A stretch of 54,169 nt of DNA, filler included, from Sphacelaria rigidula (GCA_964200075.2; 4 parts of 4 records of this genome joined end to end with filler, not necessarily neighbours in it); one strand, 5' to 3'. Counted from the whole stretch's first letter, positions 12,710 to 26,148 are shown. Program-made: numbers and translations. The notes: a model not told the origin generated them from the sequence alone.

Positions 12710-13060
12710 GGGTATTTGGAGTTCGCGGTATCCCAGGATACCCCAGGGTATTGACTACCGGAGATACTCAGTAATGTAGGGTACTAAGGGTATCGACAGC
12801 CAAGAAGATTCAGTATTTCAGGGCACCCAGGGTATCGGCACCCCCCAAGATACCCTTTGTACCCTATCCTACCCTAACCACTTCAACAAGATGGTTGAGG
12901 TAGGTTGTAGGTTACACATGCCGGGATACCCTGGATTTCCAGGGTATTTTGAACTACCCGGTACTCAGTACCCCCCTGGGTATCGACTACCTGAATTGCA
13001 CAGTATTCCAGGTTATCAAGGGCATCGACACCCGAAATACCTCTGGTACCCTACTCTGTA
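12710..13060. repeat. Intronic GGGTAT/ATACCC-rich degenerate repeat element
   Basis: Many CAGGGTAT, ATACCC and GGGTATCGAC subunits in both orientations. The ORF at 12891 (PGY repeats) is a by-product of the repeat. Confidence 0.65.
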
Positions 13061-13470
13061 CGCTACCGTACCTTCACCACCTGTGAACAACATGATCTTC
13101 GAAGGGGGCCGCGGTAAGCGTGGGTATGAGTTCAGTTCTTCTCTCAGGCTTGAAATTTTGGAGGTGGGGAACGCCCCGCCAGCGATACAGGACATGAAAG
13201 CACTACAAGTCTACAGGCATGCTGCTATGTACCCTGGTTAGGTCACTGGGACGTTTGTGTTGGTGGTTTTCCAGGAGAGAAGGCCTCATTGCGGTCTGGT
13301 ATGTCTTTATGTGTCTGTGTTTGCGCCCGTCAGCTTCGATATAGTTGTGCGCCCGACAGTGTCATTTATATTCCCCCCCCCCCCCCCCCCCCCCCCCCCC
13401 GTGCGAACACCCACCCCCCCCCCCCCCCCCCCCCCCCCCGCCCCCCTCTCCACACGCGGGGGAAAAAAAC

Positions 13471-13570
13471 NNNNNNNNNNNNNNNNNNNNNNNNNNNNNN
13501 NNNNNNNNNNNNNNTTAATTAATTAANNNNNNNNNNNNNNNNNNNNNNNNNNNNNNNNNNNNNNNNNNNN
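13471..13570. other. Artificial contig-join spacer
   Basis: 44 N + TTAATTAATTAA (stop codons in all six frames) + 44 N = 100 nt. Confidence 0.97.
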
Positions 13571-13660
13571 GTGGATACCCCTTGGACCAGCGATCAACTT
13601 TTCTCCCTCTTTTGGGCAATTAGGTCGAAGAAATCGTGAAATTGGTGATGTTGAGTGGTG
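13571..13660 (+). repeat. Intronic dispersed repeat; copies at ~26340-26490 (+) and ~19340-19460 (-)
   Basis: GTGGAYACCCCTTGGACCAG ... CTTTTGGGCAATYAGGYCGAAGAAATCGTG is shared with 26376-26455. The reverse complement is recognisable at 19340-19460. Confidence 0.75.
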
Positions 13661-13692
13661 ATCATTTGTCCTAACCGTGTTTGCTTTCTCAG

Positions 13693-16600
13693 GTGCCCTA
13701 TCGCGACTCCAAGCTAACTCGACTGCTGGCGCATTCACTGGGGGGAAACAGCAAGACTGCCCTCGTTGCCACTGTGTCGTCAGTCGTACCTAACGCCATT
13801 GAGACATTATCCACTTTAAAGGTGATACTGATTTGTTGATTGATGAACGGGGCCGCTTCATGATTACCCACATGAATTATAAATGTGATCGGTTAGTTGT
13901 TCCGATGGGTGCTCCTGCGGTTCAGTGATATTTTGGGTCTTCTACACCGTTTAGATATTATGGATCTTATCGATGTTTTTGATGTATCGGGTTCTTGCAG
14001 CCAGGGAACGACACATGAGAGTTGTACATGTACTGTACTGTACTGTACTGTACTGTACTGTACTGTACTGTACTGTACTGTACTGTACTGTACCGTAATG
14101 CTATCGAAAATAAGAAAATACTTTGTCCTAAACCTTCGTTGTAGAACATCCAAGCAGTCTGTTTAGCGTTTCTCTTTTCGGGGCCAGGTGAATCCATGTT
14201 TGAAGAGGCATGCTTCGAATCACGTTGTATCATCAAACACTAAATGGTGGAAGATAATTTTGACAAGGAAACATATCTACGAGGATACGCTAGTTGGGTC
14301 TTTTTTGGGCTCGCCGGTTACGTTTGAAGCAGATGGTGTTATTTTCTGTGGTGAAGAAAATCGCTTGCTTTACTCGTAACAGCAACAATTTGAACGTGCT
14401 CGTAGTTGATGCAATAAGGGTTTTTGACCAGCGGAGATAGTTCAAAGATTTGTTTGGTTCATGGAATGTGGAGAGTTTTTCCATGTGATGCAGTTGATGA
14501 CTGCAATTCGTCAATGTAGTAGGCTGGCAAATATTCGAAGGCGTGGTTGATGAGTATGATCTTGGTCGATTAATCATGTGATTTTGATGGTTGATGTATG
14601 TGATTCGTGATTGATCACTATTAGTTTTTGACGGTGCAGAAATCTGCAAGCACGCATCAATGTTTTGTAATCCCACTCGTTGAAACGCGCACAGTGTTGT
14701 CGTCCCATCTACTCTGGACACCGGTCGACACCTTTCGGTATAGGTGGTGGGCGCACCAGCTGGGGTCCCACAGCAACACAGAAGTTTTTTTTTTTTCTGT
14801 ACCCCACCTTCCTTCTGCGGTGCTTGCCTTGATTTTTTTCATCGCGAGAGGAGTTCAGCAGACCTTTTTCCTCGTCGACCGTGAAGTCAAATGTTGTGTA
14901 CCCACGACATAGTCGCTCTCCGCTGTTGGGCATGGTGCGAGAAAAAATCCCAGATCGCTTCGAGATTTGAAGCCACGACCCAACCGTCACAAGGTTTCAA
15001 GGTTACAAACTGAGCCACCGGAGCAACCGTACAGTGAACATAACTTGTTCCGTGTGTGTGAGTGTGTTCCCTCCGCTTGTGCGTTGTTTGTCGGCGGTGA
15101 CAGTTTGTCCAACGTGCCAAGTACATCAAGAACAAGACGCACCGTAATGAGGAGACGCACGGAGGGACTCTGGCGCTAAAGCAAGAAAACGACGGCTTGA
15201 GAAAGCAGCTGTCCGACCGGGTTAGTTTCGATTGCTTTCGATTCTTTCAATACTAGTAGCCCGGCCGTGCTGGAGACAGGTGGTGTATTATCCTGAAATT
15301 CTCAAGGCGCCTGGATTCCTTTCGTTGGCCAACAATCAACGATGGTAACCGCGGCTTCACGCGTGATCGTGCTGGCAGGGAGCATCAGGTTGTATAGGGT
15401 TGGCATGTTGGCATGTAGTTTGTTTTGTCAAAAGTTTTCCCGAAGTTTTGCACCTGCGAACAATGCTCCCCCTTGCGACTATCTTTTGGCTGGACGGCAA
15501 GAACATATATTTTTTTCATCTTGATCGTCCTTGAATAGCTCCAGTAATATGTCAACACGGTGACGTGAATGAGGCACGTGTATCGCCGGTTGGTGTTATT
15601 GTTGAAAGCCGTGGACCGTATATTGGAATTGAAGGAGATCACTTGTGGCTGACCGAGCCGAGTCGTAAGGCCGAGGAAGTCGGTTGGGACTACGTGTGTA
15701 CACAGTCACAGTGTGCGAGATCACCACTGGTACTCGTAATATTTTTGAGTATCATGTCTTGTTCAGTTACGTTGCTGTTGTTCACAAGTGTATGAGTAAA
15801 TTGTAGCGGACGTGGCAATACAATACCCACAGTTGTAGCCAAGGGTATTTTTTACTTCACCTAGTTGACGCAAAATCCTTCAATGTCGTTGATCGATAGA
15901 TGGGTTGATAGGTTGAGTGATGTCGTACATCATCATGGAACTGATTCCGTAGGAATCCAGTGGTGTATAGTGTTGAGCTACATGGACAGAAACAGTCGTG
16001 AGAGGAATTTCGAAAAGACAGGAAGCGGAAGAGATGGAGAAACACAGAGAAGGGAAAATGTGGAACAATCCAACGAAAGTCAATCGACGGCGGGGTAGGT
16101 AAGTATAGTCATGATTCAATGCTTGATGGTACAGGGCGGGGCAAGACTTCGAATGTGTCCCACGAGGGACATTGGGAGGGGGGGGGGGGGGGGGGGGGGG
16201 AAGTAGGCACTTGAAGGCAAGAATGGATGGGGGTGAAGGGGAGGAAAGAGCGGGTCGCCAAGNNNNNNNNNNGGGAGAGGGGCGGTGTGGGGGTGGGGGG
16301 GGGGGGCACGATAGCAATGAACACTAAAACATGATGCGTTGGTCGTGCACGGAAATACAGGATATCTGGCTGAACGAGGCTATGTACAAGCTGGAGGAGG
16401 CCGATTCGCAGAAGGCTAGGCTGGCCCAGGAGGTGGAAGCGCTGAAGCAGGAGGCGAGGAAAAACCAGGACACTGCTCTCGATGCATTTGAGAAACTCAG
16501 CGAGCGCCAGCAGGCTCTTGATCGCTTGCAAAAGGTGTGTTGCCTTGTGAGGGTTGTTTCGCAGTGTGCACATTACTTTTACTAAAATTCGAGGAAACAG

Positions 16601-19532
16601 ATGGAAACCATTCAACGAAATCTATTGCTCAGGTACTGAATAGTGCCTGACTTCTCAGCGGATCAGTTAATGTTGACCTGCGACAATTAATCGATCAATT
16701 ACCTCACTTATTCGTGCCGAGAGTGCTTATCATCTGAACGTCGAAGGAGAAGAACACAAGTCAATTCGCTGGTCCATGCCAAACGTTGGCTCTCTATATA
16801 GCCCTGATCTCAACCCACACCATGACCCTGATCCCCAAGCCCAACACTGCTACCCCCTTTCCATGCCGCCGACAATCAACAGTCGCTCGCGGCCAAGGAG
16901 CGAGAGTTGGCCAGCATGGGGCCGTCTCCGCAAATAGGCATAACCAAGGCATCTCGCTGGGTTATACCGGCTTCAGTATCCAGGAGACTGTCGACGGGAC
17001 AGTCCGGCAGGCGAGTGATTGGAGAATGGCTCAATGATCCGGGGAATGAGGGGGGACGTTTTCATGGATATCGAGGGAAAACGGAAGGGATACGGTATCC
17101 GATATCTGCTGTCAAAATTCGCAATATCGCTACGATATCCGATGTGTCGTATCACGTGATATCGCACGATTGCGGGTACGATATCAGGATAGTTGCCTCG
17201 AACTACCCCAAAACGTGTAGAATTTGGAACCAACCTAGTTTTTCCACAGAAGACTCTACACATGGTATCTCGTATCAAGCGATACAATGTTCGGCACGTG
17301 ATATCGTCCGATACATCACGGGATACGAGATATGACATGGTGTCGAGATATTGCGTAAGGTTGGGCGATATCGAGACAAAACAACCTGGATATATAGGGG
17401 GGCAGATATATCGATATTTGGAGTACGATACCCATCACTTCTGCATACGGTCAGTCTGTCCAAGGCACTGATGCTGTGTCTGTCCAAGTGCAATCGGTAC
17501 TCGTAGCGTGTGAATTTGCTCGACAGAAGCGAGATTGGGCAGATGATGCATTGAACGCTGTACCAAAAGCCCTGCTTTTCGTGTATATGCTGTGAATGCC
17601 CCAGATTCATATTTTGACGTTTGGCTGTTGGCTGCATGAGGACCCATTCATGTTTATTGGCACGGAAATAAAAATAGTACATTCCATTGGTTTGCGATTA
17701 CTACGCTTGTTCCCTGGCCTGATTCGCAGTCCATAAAACTTCCCCCATCTGCCCTGTTGGCTCACGAAGCTGTAAGGAACACTGCTGCTCCGAAAGAAGG
17801 CTCGCGGATGAAGTACTTTAATCCGGAGACATTGACTGCCTTGTAGCTTTGAGGGAACGAGAAGTCGTAATGCGGTGTTGATTTTTGACAGGACTGAAGA
17901 TGTACGTCGAGAAAGGAAGCAAAATGGATTGGTCGTCATTTTGGACAGCACGTGCGATACATACCCTCACCCCCCCGCCCCTCCGCCTCCTCGCCCCCAC
18001 CCGCTACCATCGGATATATCAGGCATGATGCGATCGAGCAGCGTAGGCGTGTACTCAGGCGTCGCTCTGCAGGGGGTGTTGCTCCACCGTCCCCTGCCTC
18101 ATTCTCCCCCATGACCTCAGCGCTAGGGCTGGGGGCAAGAGAAAAGGGGAAAGGAGAAGCTGAAGGCCATAGTTCTGTCGACGAAAGCAGGTTTCCTGCG
18201 CGGAATTTCAGGCACAGCATGGGCGGTGGAGAAGGTGCAAGAAAGTGTCAACGATTTCGAGTAGAAAAATGAATTCTGAGGTTTTTATTTTTTACTTACA
18301 CGTTTCTTCGTTGCAGTTCTGACTACAGTATACTGGGTGTCGAGCGATCTCTTTTTATATTTCCAGCATGTCATGTACATATATATATATTATCAGCTAA
18401 CGGTTTGCTGCCATGTTGGCTTTGCCGATTCTGGTCAGAAGGTAGCCGGCTCTTTATTCTGAAAAGGTGATGTGACAACCGAAATAACTGCAATACGCTG
18501 TGACTGTCGAGCCGTGGGCACAAACAGTGGGCGGTCTAACTATTCATTTTGTGGCATTTTGTGATTTTTTCATAATTGACGACTTTCTCGGGCTTTTTTC
18601 GCTTGCAACCGCTCATCACATTGAGGATCTGAAGATATTTGTATCCGCTCTACATGCCAAGAGAAAGAATCATCTGTGCTTGAAATTGAGTGATTTATGG
18701 GCTGACCGGTCATCGGGGGTCTTGCCACGTTATAGTCCAGATTCTTTCTCTTCGGAATTTTTGGTTGATCGAGCCTGTCCCGATCATATCTGTGAAAAAA
18801 TGTACAGTTTTACTCTTTGAAATTTTACCTAGTCATTGCACCAGAGCCGAAGAACTGTGTTTCACGGTCAAAAACACCCTCCTGATGAACAGGGCATTTC
18901 CTCGTATCGCCCGACAACACCAACTAACACTGCCTTGGGCACTGATTTTCGAAAAATCGATCTGTTTATTGTACCAAAATCTGCGAACGCTAGCAATTTC
19001 GAGTTCTACCGAAGAGTAGTACGCGAGGAAAACCCCTTAACCCCGCCGAATAGTTAGACTGCCCACTACTGTAGCATGCGATCATTTTTGTTTACCAGGG
19101 GTCGCGTATATTTTGCGTTGATGATTAATGAGATTCAATACTGATTGCAAAACTGCTTTTCCGTCTATTGGTCATGGAGGCGCCTCGCCGCGGTAGTAGT
19201 GTCCTTGGTGATGTGGTAATGATGAAAATCCTTGTTCGTGTCTAGGGCAGGAAGGTTCTGAGTTCTTGAAATCGGGAAACCCAGTAGTGACGTGAAGACG
19301 AGAGACAATGTTTTCAAGCGTCGGGTGAGTCATCGTTGGGGCGAATCACCAAACGTACGATTTCTGAGGCCTGGTTGCTCAAAAGAGTTGAAAATGTTGA
19401 CCGCGGGTCGAAAAAGTCTCGATGCAAATTTTGCGTCATTTCAATTGTCTGGGGTGCGTCCATATCCATCAAAATGCCGAAGCACCCCCCTCCGCAAGAA
19501 AAGCAATCAGCATCCTGAACGTGAACTCCTCA

Positions 19533-19570
<38 letters not shown>

Positions 19571-22500
19571 CAGCCCGACCCGCCGGCGCCCCCCCCTCCC
19601 CCGCCCGCGCCCNNNNNNNNNNCCACCACAACCCCCCACCCCCCCCCCCCCAAAGAAAAAAAACCAACCCCCCAAACGTGGCCTCCCCTCTCCCCCCCCC
19701 CCCCCCCCCCCCCCCAATAACGCGCAGGAGCGTCCGTGAGCCCGTTCTTGCTCTCCTGCGCCTACCGCGAATCCGCCCGTGGAGCCCTGGGAATCAGGCT
19801 GAAGTCCGAGGACGGGCTGGATGTGGCCGCTGCGCCACCCCCAAGTGACAGCGGCAACGCTTCGCCCAGCAACGATAACGGCAATGTTTCACCTGCCAGT
19901 CTTGTACCCTTCGGCGATGGGGGTGGGCAGGAACTTGCACTGGGCGACAGAGCATTCCCACAATGGCATGGGGAACAACAGCAGCAGGAGCTATGGGAGG
20001 AAAAGCGGCGTGAGGAGACAGTAGGTTCGACCGTTTTGGGGTTACCGGGAGGCGGTGTGAGCGAGCCTCCAGCGGCGGTAGCCCTTGTAGATCATCCCAC
20101 ACAGGCGTCGATTTTGATCAGGAGCGACGATGAAAATGCCGTCGCCGAGCCCCGGAGAACGGTCGCCGGAACGATTCTCGGATCAGCAGACTCCGCAATG
20201 ACTCGTGCTGTGGTCCCGTCGACGAAGGAACACCATGACGAGCGTGTCCGAGGAACAGAAACCGTGGTTGAGTCTCTGCCTTCTTCCGAGACCACGGGTG
20301 CCGGTAGTGGTGATAGCACCGAGGGAGGGCGCGCTAGTAGTGATGCATTCATGCTACGGCCCCTTCATCCCACCCCGACGTTTTCGCCGGGCCGGATGCA
20401 TAGCGGTGTAGGCAGGGCAGGAGTAGGAGGGGGGGGTGTGCAAGCAGGTTTGTATGGGGACGTACGTGACACAGGATTTGAGCCAGAAGAATTGGTGGCG
20501 GCAACCCGCGCCGCCAATTCCGCGGCGGCGGCTGCGGCGAAGAGACAAGCCAAGCTCGCGGCTGCGCGCGCGAAGCATAGAGTCGTGAAGCAGCAGAGCG
20601 GTCGAAGACTGGTGACCGGCGCGTCGTTTAAGGGCAGGCAAGGTATTCGCGGTCTCGGTGCGTTGGATGTCGTGGGGTTGGGGCAGCTGGGGGAACATGA
20701 GCTATATCGAGAAGCCAGCGACAGAAGCGGCAGCAGCAGCAGTATTGGTAGTGTCACCAGTGGTTGTAGTGTCAGCAGTAGATCAAGGCTGGACGCGGCG
20801 CGGGCGAAGCACGAGGCAGCGAAACGGCAGGCGGTGCATCTCAAGGAGATCCTCTTGGGCGGGGGAGGGGATCTGGCACATAATCTCGATAGCACTGACA
20901 ACGGTAGTGGGGGTGGGGTTGTGAGTCCGGCTTCGGAAGTTGGAGACCCTGCGCGTGATGATGATGTCGGCACCTCGCGGTTGGGATTTGCGGGTCTCAT
21001 TTCCGCAAAACTTGGTGGAGAGAACAACAGCAGCACCAACAGCAAGGACAAACACAGGAAGAATGACAGCAACAGCACCGTGACGAACATGTCGTTGGAA
21101 GTGAGCACGTCATCTCGTGATGGCAGCAGCACAGATTCGGGATTCGAAGACGGCTTGACGGGCGAGGCGTTGGGGAGAGGCGTAGGTCCCGTGAGACACC
21201 AGAGTGTGGGCGCGCGACCTAAAGAGGGCACGAGGGGTCTCGTAGACCGCCCTGAGCGTGAGGTCGCCGTAAGCGCAAGCTTGCCTGAGCGCTTCCTGGC
21301 GGGCATGGTTGCTCGCCTGTTGGGGGAAGATGATGTCGGTGCTGTCCCCCGCGGTGGCGCTGCTGATAGTCTGCACCAAGTTGGCGTTGATGCTGATCGC
21401 GAAAATGACGGTCATTGTGATGGTTCGGACAATGGGGGCGGTGAAAATGCGAGAGGTCGTGACGTTGGACCAGCGATGCTCGCGGACCCTTCAGTGCCCA
21501 GCGAAACAAGAGCTGTCGATGTTACCGCCGCCGCGAACGGAGTATCGAACGAGCTGGCGGAGACGACGACCGCCGATCACCGTAACTCCGATGAATCCAA
21601 GACGCGACCGTTGTCTGACGAATCTAGTTTGGCCGACCCAACCTCTGATGCGAGAACAAGAGATTCAGCATTACATGCTGATGATTTCAATATTCGGCGG
21701 CAAATAATTCCCCCAGCGCCGTCGTTGATTGTGGAGGTTGACAGCAGCAGCAACGATCGTCTGACGGCTGCTTCTGCCTCTGGAGGCGAACAAGAAGCCC
21801 ACGAGGACGACGTCGTGGTTCCCAGTCTGAACCAGAAGCACGAATTGATTCCCGATGTTGGCCGTCCACACAACCAACAAGAAGCTGCTGGACAGATTTC
21901 TAGAAAACAGGTGTTATCCGCCAGTGTCCTGAGCACTGTGACCTCAGTCAGCAGCAGCATCGTGTCATCGACGGTGGGTATCGTGGTACCAGACGTGCCA
22001 GCAGTGGGTTCAATGACTACTACCCCTAGCCTGGGTCTCAGCGGAAGCCTTCCCGTCGGCTCTGACATGAGTGTGAAGACAAGTAATATCAGCGGTGAGG
22101 GCACTACAGGCGTTCGCATGATTTCTGATGTCGGGTTAAAAAATGTTTAACGCCATAGGATGTTTCCCCCGTGTGTGTGTGTGTAGGATGTAGTTGAACA
22201 AGAGTAAAATATTTTGATGTCGTGCTATGCAGTAGAGCCACGTACGGACTGACACGGGCTTTTACAATGGCAATATGATTTATTTTGAACGTGCGTTTGC
22301 CGGAGAACATGGTATACAATCACCGACCGTGAACAGTTGTGTTATCTGCACACGTGTACGTATGAAATTCTTTTTTCTCTTCACTTCAGTCGGACATCAC
22401 GCACTCGCGTCTGCCCTACTTGTGCGAATTTCTTTGTCGACTTTTGTGTTGGTGCCTCTTCGTCAACAAGCAACAATCAACAGTTAAGATCAGGTCCACC

Positions 22501-25500
22501 GGACGACAAAGTGCAGCATCAGCGTCCTAATCGAGCGTCCCTTCTTGATTTTCTATCTGCTGGTTGCTTGTTGCTTGTATGCATCTGATAAACCAGGTGC
22601 AGTTGGTAAAGATAATTTCCAATACCCTGCCGCAACACCGTCTTCCCCTTCCTACGCTGGCGGCGGTCGGGGTAGAGGGAGGGAACCCCGAAACGAGAGA
22701 GCTGAGAGTGGCGCCACCGGTGTTGCTGAGCACAGTGGTGAGCATGGTGGTTACCATCCCGGTGTTACTCCGTCCTCGCCGACTGTGGGAACCTTACAAG
22801 TTTGGCCGTCGGAGACGGACAGCTTGCAAGGTATGAGAATGAAGTATCTGTTGGGTTATCCTCCTAAAGCCATGATACAGGGGCTGACCCTTGCTTCTTC
22901 TTCTTTTCGCTCATCCAGATTTTCTGCTCCTTCGTTTTCTCGAACGAGTGTTTCAGTTTTGCTTTTCTTGGGTACGTCTATCATGCGACCACGGCTGGAT
23001 CATGACTGGGGGTCACTTAAAGTGCGACAACCAAGGAAACAATGAAAATCAATCGAATCAGATGAATCCAGATGAACGTTCTCCGATGGAAGGTCGTGTT
23101 GCTAGTTTTTCTGGGTCTGCATAACCCTACCCTAACCCTAACCCTAACTAACCCTGAACTCGGCCTGTGCCCGGGGGGGGGGGAGGAAAGTGGTGAGAGA
23201 TGTACCACAAACAAGTCGGTGTGATAACTGTTCATACGCGTGACACATCATATGTTGATGCGTGTAGCTCGTGCAGCATGTAGGTTTTGGCCTATCACTC
23301 ACCTTGGGTGCGTCTGTCTTACGAACACTAGTTGTTTTCCAGGTGATCGGGCTTATGTGCGAAAATCAATAAGAACTAGCCTTGAAGAGTCGATTGTTGC
23401 GAGTCTCTCTCTCCAGCAAACCCGACTCCAACCCTAGCCCTAGCCCTAGCCCTTGGCTTACACCCGGTTTGTTTGTGTACCGCTAAACCTGAAAAAACAT
23501 TCACCCTCCGATCGTGTTATCGCGTCAGGGGCCGATGGACAGGAGTGGCAAGTCGGGGATGGCATGATACCCCACCACCCCGTGGTCGAACTGAATCACT
23601 CTCCCTGCAGCTGCAGTAGCAGCAGCAGCAGCAGCAGCAGCAGCTCGAATAATAGCGGAGGCGCTGACCTTGTGAACGTCAGGCGCCAACTCGGCCCTGC
23701 CGGCCGCAACCCCGGTGTCAGTATTGTCGCCGGAGGCGTGGGCCCTACGGTAGCGGGGCATGGACCAGTTTCCAAAATTAGCGCCTCGGCTGTGTTTTCG
23801 GACCTTGGTGACGCCACCACAGGGCGAGGCGGACGTGGAGGGGCATCGAGGAAAGGGGCTCATTTTCCGGAATACTCAGATGCCGGTTCAGTGCTTTCTG
23901 TGCCTGCGCGGGCGGGCGCAGGAAGTGGATTCAGCGCCGGGGATGATTTTGCTCGTGTTTATCGTTCGCCTTCGAGGGACAGAGCGATGACGTCGCCACC
24001 AATTTCCGGGGCCGGAGAGTATCTCGGGGTGGTCATGACGCCACCGTCCTCTCGGCTTGGGCGGAGGGTGCCTTCAGGAAGAGCAGGAGCGGGTGGCGAC
24101 GGGGGCATTGATCTTCGTCGTCGGACTGGTTGGCGGGCAGGGCGTGAGTGTCCCTTGTTTTCATGTATTTGTGTTGGTTAGTCCCTTCGGTTGTTGGTTT
24201 GTTGTGGGCTTTCGTATTTTCGTTGGGTTTAGCACGAACTTTATTTGATATCCCAACTCTTTTGCGCTTGCTGCCTCCTTTCTTTTACATCTTTACCCCG
24301 TCTCGATTTTTCCCTCAGCCAGTCTTGGCGCTTTTTTTTTGCTTGGGTACGCTGATGTTATGAAGGCGGTTGGAGTCGTCGCGGACTATAACACTTACAT
24401 ATCGGAATCAATCTCTTAATCGCGTCGATCACCAGAGGTATTTTTTTATCGCACATTGAAAAGTTACCCCCCTCCGTCCCCTCACCTCCTAGACATGTTT
24501 GTGTAGTGTCACGACAACGAGCCACCTATCCCCGATACATGCTTGGCATTTTTTTTCGAAATCAGGCTTCGGATTGAACCGTTGAACTAGGACTCCCTCT
24601 CCCTCTCCCGCCCAAAGCCCGCCGACGTCTATCAATTCAACATCATGTTCTGCCGCCGCTCGCGGTCACGTTTTTGTACAGCCGAACTCCCTTCCCACCC
24701 AGGAAAGGGAAAAAGAGCTTACAGTAATTGCTGTTGCTGTCGAATTGAATCAGCTTCATGTGGTGAAGTACCTCTTTGCTACCTCTTGCGGCAGTCAGGT
24801 GCGCGACATGTTGGGTCGCACTCCGTTCAATTGGCACCCCCACAGTAGCCGCCTCCAAACTAGCTCCAGTAGTGTTGACGTCCCGCTTGTTTTTTCACCG
24901 CCGGTGCGCGACAACCGCTGCCGCCCTGAAAAACTGACAAAAACAGGTGACGCCTATAAGGGTGACGGAGGACAAGAAGACGAAGAAGCCCCATGCTTGT
25001 CCTCGCCTTCATCGCTTACCTCATCCTTCCATGACAACCAGTCTGGGCCGGAAATCACGGGCACGGGCGGCAGCGGAAGATCCGCCTTCGCGATGGAAAC
25101 TGGAGAATCATCGTCAGGCCACAACTCGGACCACCACTCCAGCGCCGAGGAACGAGCTCGCGCTGCATTCACTAATTCTCAGTTCGATCCGCATCACCTT
25201 GGTCAGCATCCTCTTTCGTACGCTGATTTTGCGCGTGGCGGTGGCGGTGGCCAGGGGGATGCGGGGGAGACTGCAGGTAGTCATGACAATGCAGCCTCTT
25301 CTGTTGCGATATTTGGATCCCCGAACCGAATGTGGGCGGAGGATATTGCAACGGCACTTGTTAAAGCCACCGCGTCCGCTTTCCCGCCGCCTCCTCAGTA
25401 CTACGATGGTGGTGCTGCTAGGGATCCTGTCGGCGATGGACGGGTGGATATCGGACGTTGGAAGCGTGGCGGAGATGATGAGAATCAGTTCGACGCCACT

Positions 25501-26148
25501 GCTGGTAAAAACAGTGACCGTGAAGATGATGGTCGTGGTTCCGCCGCGTTGCCCCCAAAGATGGTGTTCGGAGCCGGAGTTCCCGAAGGTCCGGCCCGCG
25601 ATAATGCCGCTGCTTCTCTGCACGGGGGAATCATGCTCACATCGACCGACTTCGAACAACGACAGGAGCAGCAGGATCAGCAACAAGGAGATGCAGCGTT
25701 TGGTGTGGAGGGTGTTAGCCCCGGGTGTTCCACCGGAAGAACAAACACCACCATTGCAGTCCCCAATCCAGGGTTCGGGGTCGGGCGGGGCGCAGAGGGC
25801 GCGGGGGGAATTAGCCCGACGCACACTCCAATAACCACGGGCAAGTACTCTGCCTCCAAGTCTCCCTCCGCACCACCTCTAAAACCACCTCTACCGCCTG
25901 TACGGTCTCGCATAGGATCCCCCGCCAGCCCTCCCCGACTGCGGGGTAGCCGACTACGGGTGCTGTCGAATAGCAACTCGGGGATGGGGGGTGTCTTTTC
26001 CAGCAGTCCCGGCGATATTCCCGCGACGTATTCAGCGGAGCGAAGCAAGAGCCGGGAAGGGAGGTTCGGTAGTTGGGACGCTAGCTCGAGGGGAACGGGG
26101 CGCGAGGGACGCTTTGGCGAGTGGGAAGACTTGGGTGAACTCGGGTGA
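13693..26148 (+). CDS. Kinesin motor protein (5'-truncated): end of motor domain, coiled coil, very long low-complexity tail. Exons 13693-13821, 15104-15220, 16361-16534, 16883-17010, 18023-18234, 19728-22094, 22597-22830, 23529-24143, 24947-26148
   Basis: Exon 1 = [43 protein letters not shown] and exon 2 = [20 protein letters not shown]..., the canonical kinesin motor C-terminus and neck. Exon 3 is heptad-like ([20 protein letters not shown]). All junctions are AG|..|GT (one GC donor) with matching phases; total 5178 nt in frame to TGA 26146-26148. GTGAGT at 26145 could instead be a donor. Motor exons are high confidence; tail linkage is moderate because of two 10-N gaps. Confidence 0.85.
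14030..14092. repeat. (TACTG)n pentanucleotide microsatellite
   Basis: About 12 perfect TACTG units in a kinesin intron. Confidence 0.95.
14691..15030 (-). mobile_element. tRNA-headed SINE-like element, near full length
   Basis: Minus-strand head CGGTTGCTCCGGTGGCTCAGTTTG ... GGCTTCAAATCTCG (A/B-box-like), body shared with 39991-40354, ACAAC-rich 3' tail. ACAGTG on both flanks (14691, 15031) may be a TSD. Confidence 0.8.
17065..17432. repeat. Intronic GATATC/CGATA-rich degenerate repeat element
   Basis: Dense CGATATC, GATATCG and TATCG subunits in both orientations. Confidence 0.6.
18525..19068. mobile_element. ~545-bp non-autonomous TIR element in kinesin intron
   Basis: CAGTGGGCGGTCTAACTATTC (18525-18545) versus GAATAGTTAGACTGCCCACTA (19048-19068): 19/21 inverted match. 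No intact TSD seen. Confidence 0.7.
23123..23157. repeat. Short interstitial telomere-like (CCCTAA)n tract
   Basis: AACCCTACCCTAACCCTAACCCTAACCTAACCCT. A related (CCCTAG)3 tract lies at ~23432-23452. Confidence 0.7.

Noticed and set aside
12204..13470. Shuffling TPR/LRR exon array downstream of the NB-ARC
   Set aside because: No repeated similar-sized exons are visible before the contig ends; it can be neither shown nor excluded.
13515..13526. TTAATTAATTAA palindrome repeated three times at ~13.57-kb spacing
   Set aside because: It is centred in N runs of fixed length, so it is an assembly linker and not a biological periodicity.
19292..19739. Proline-rich ORFs (also 13257-13526 and 15880-16317)
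   Set aside because: These are translations of poly-C/poly-G tracts next to N gaps, i.e. intronic or low-quality sequence.
20365..21306. 313-aa antisense ORF and other overlapping ORFs (e.g. 24947-25834, 25114-25824, 10860-11453)
   Set aside because: Shadow frames of GC-rich real exons with no recognisable motifs.
7347..26148. NB-ARC-kinesin fusion or gene cluster
   Set aside because: The two genes lie on different contigs separated by an artificial spacer.
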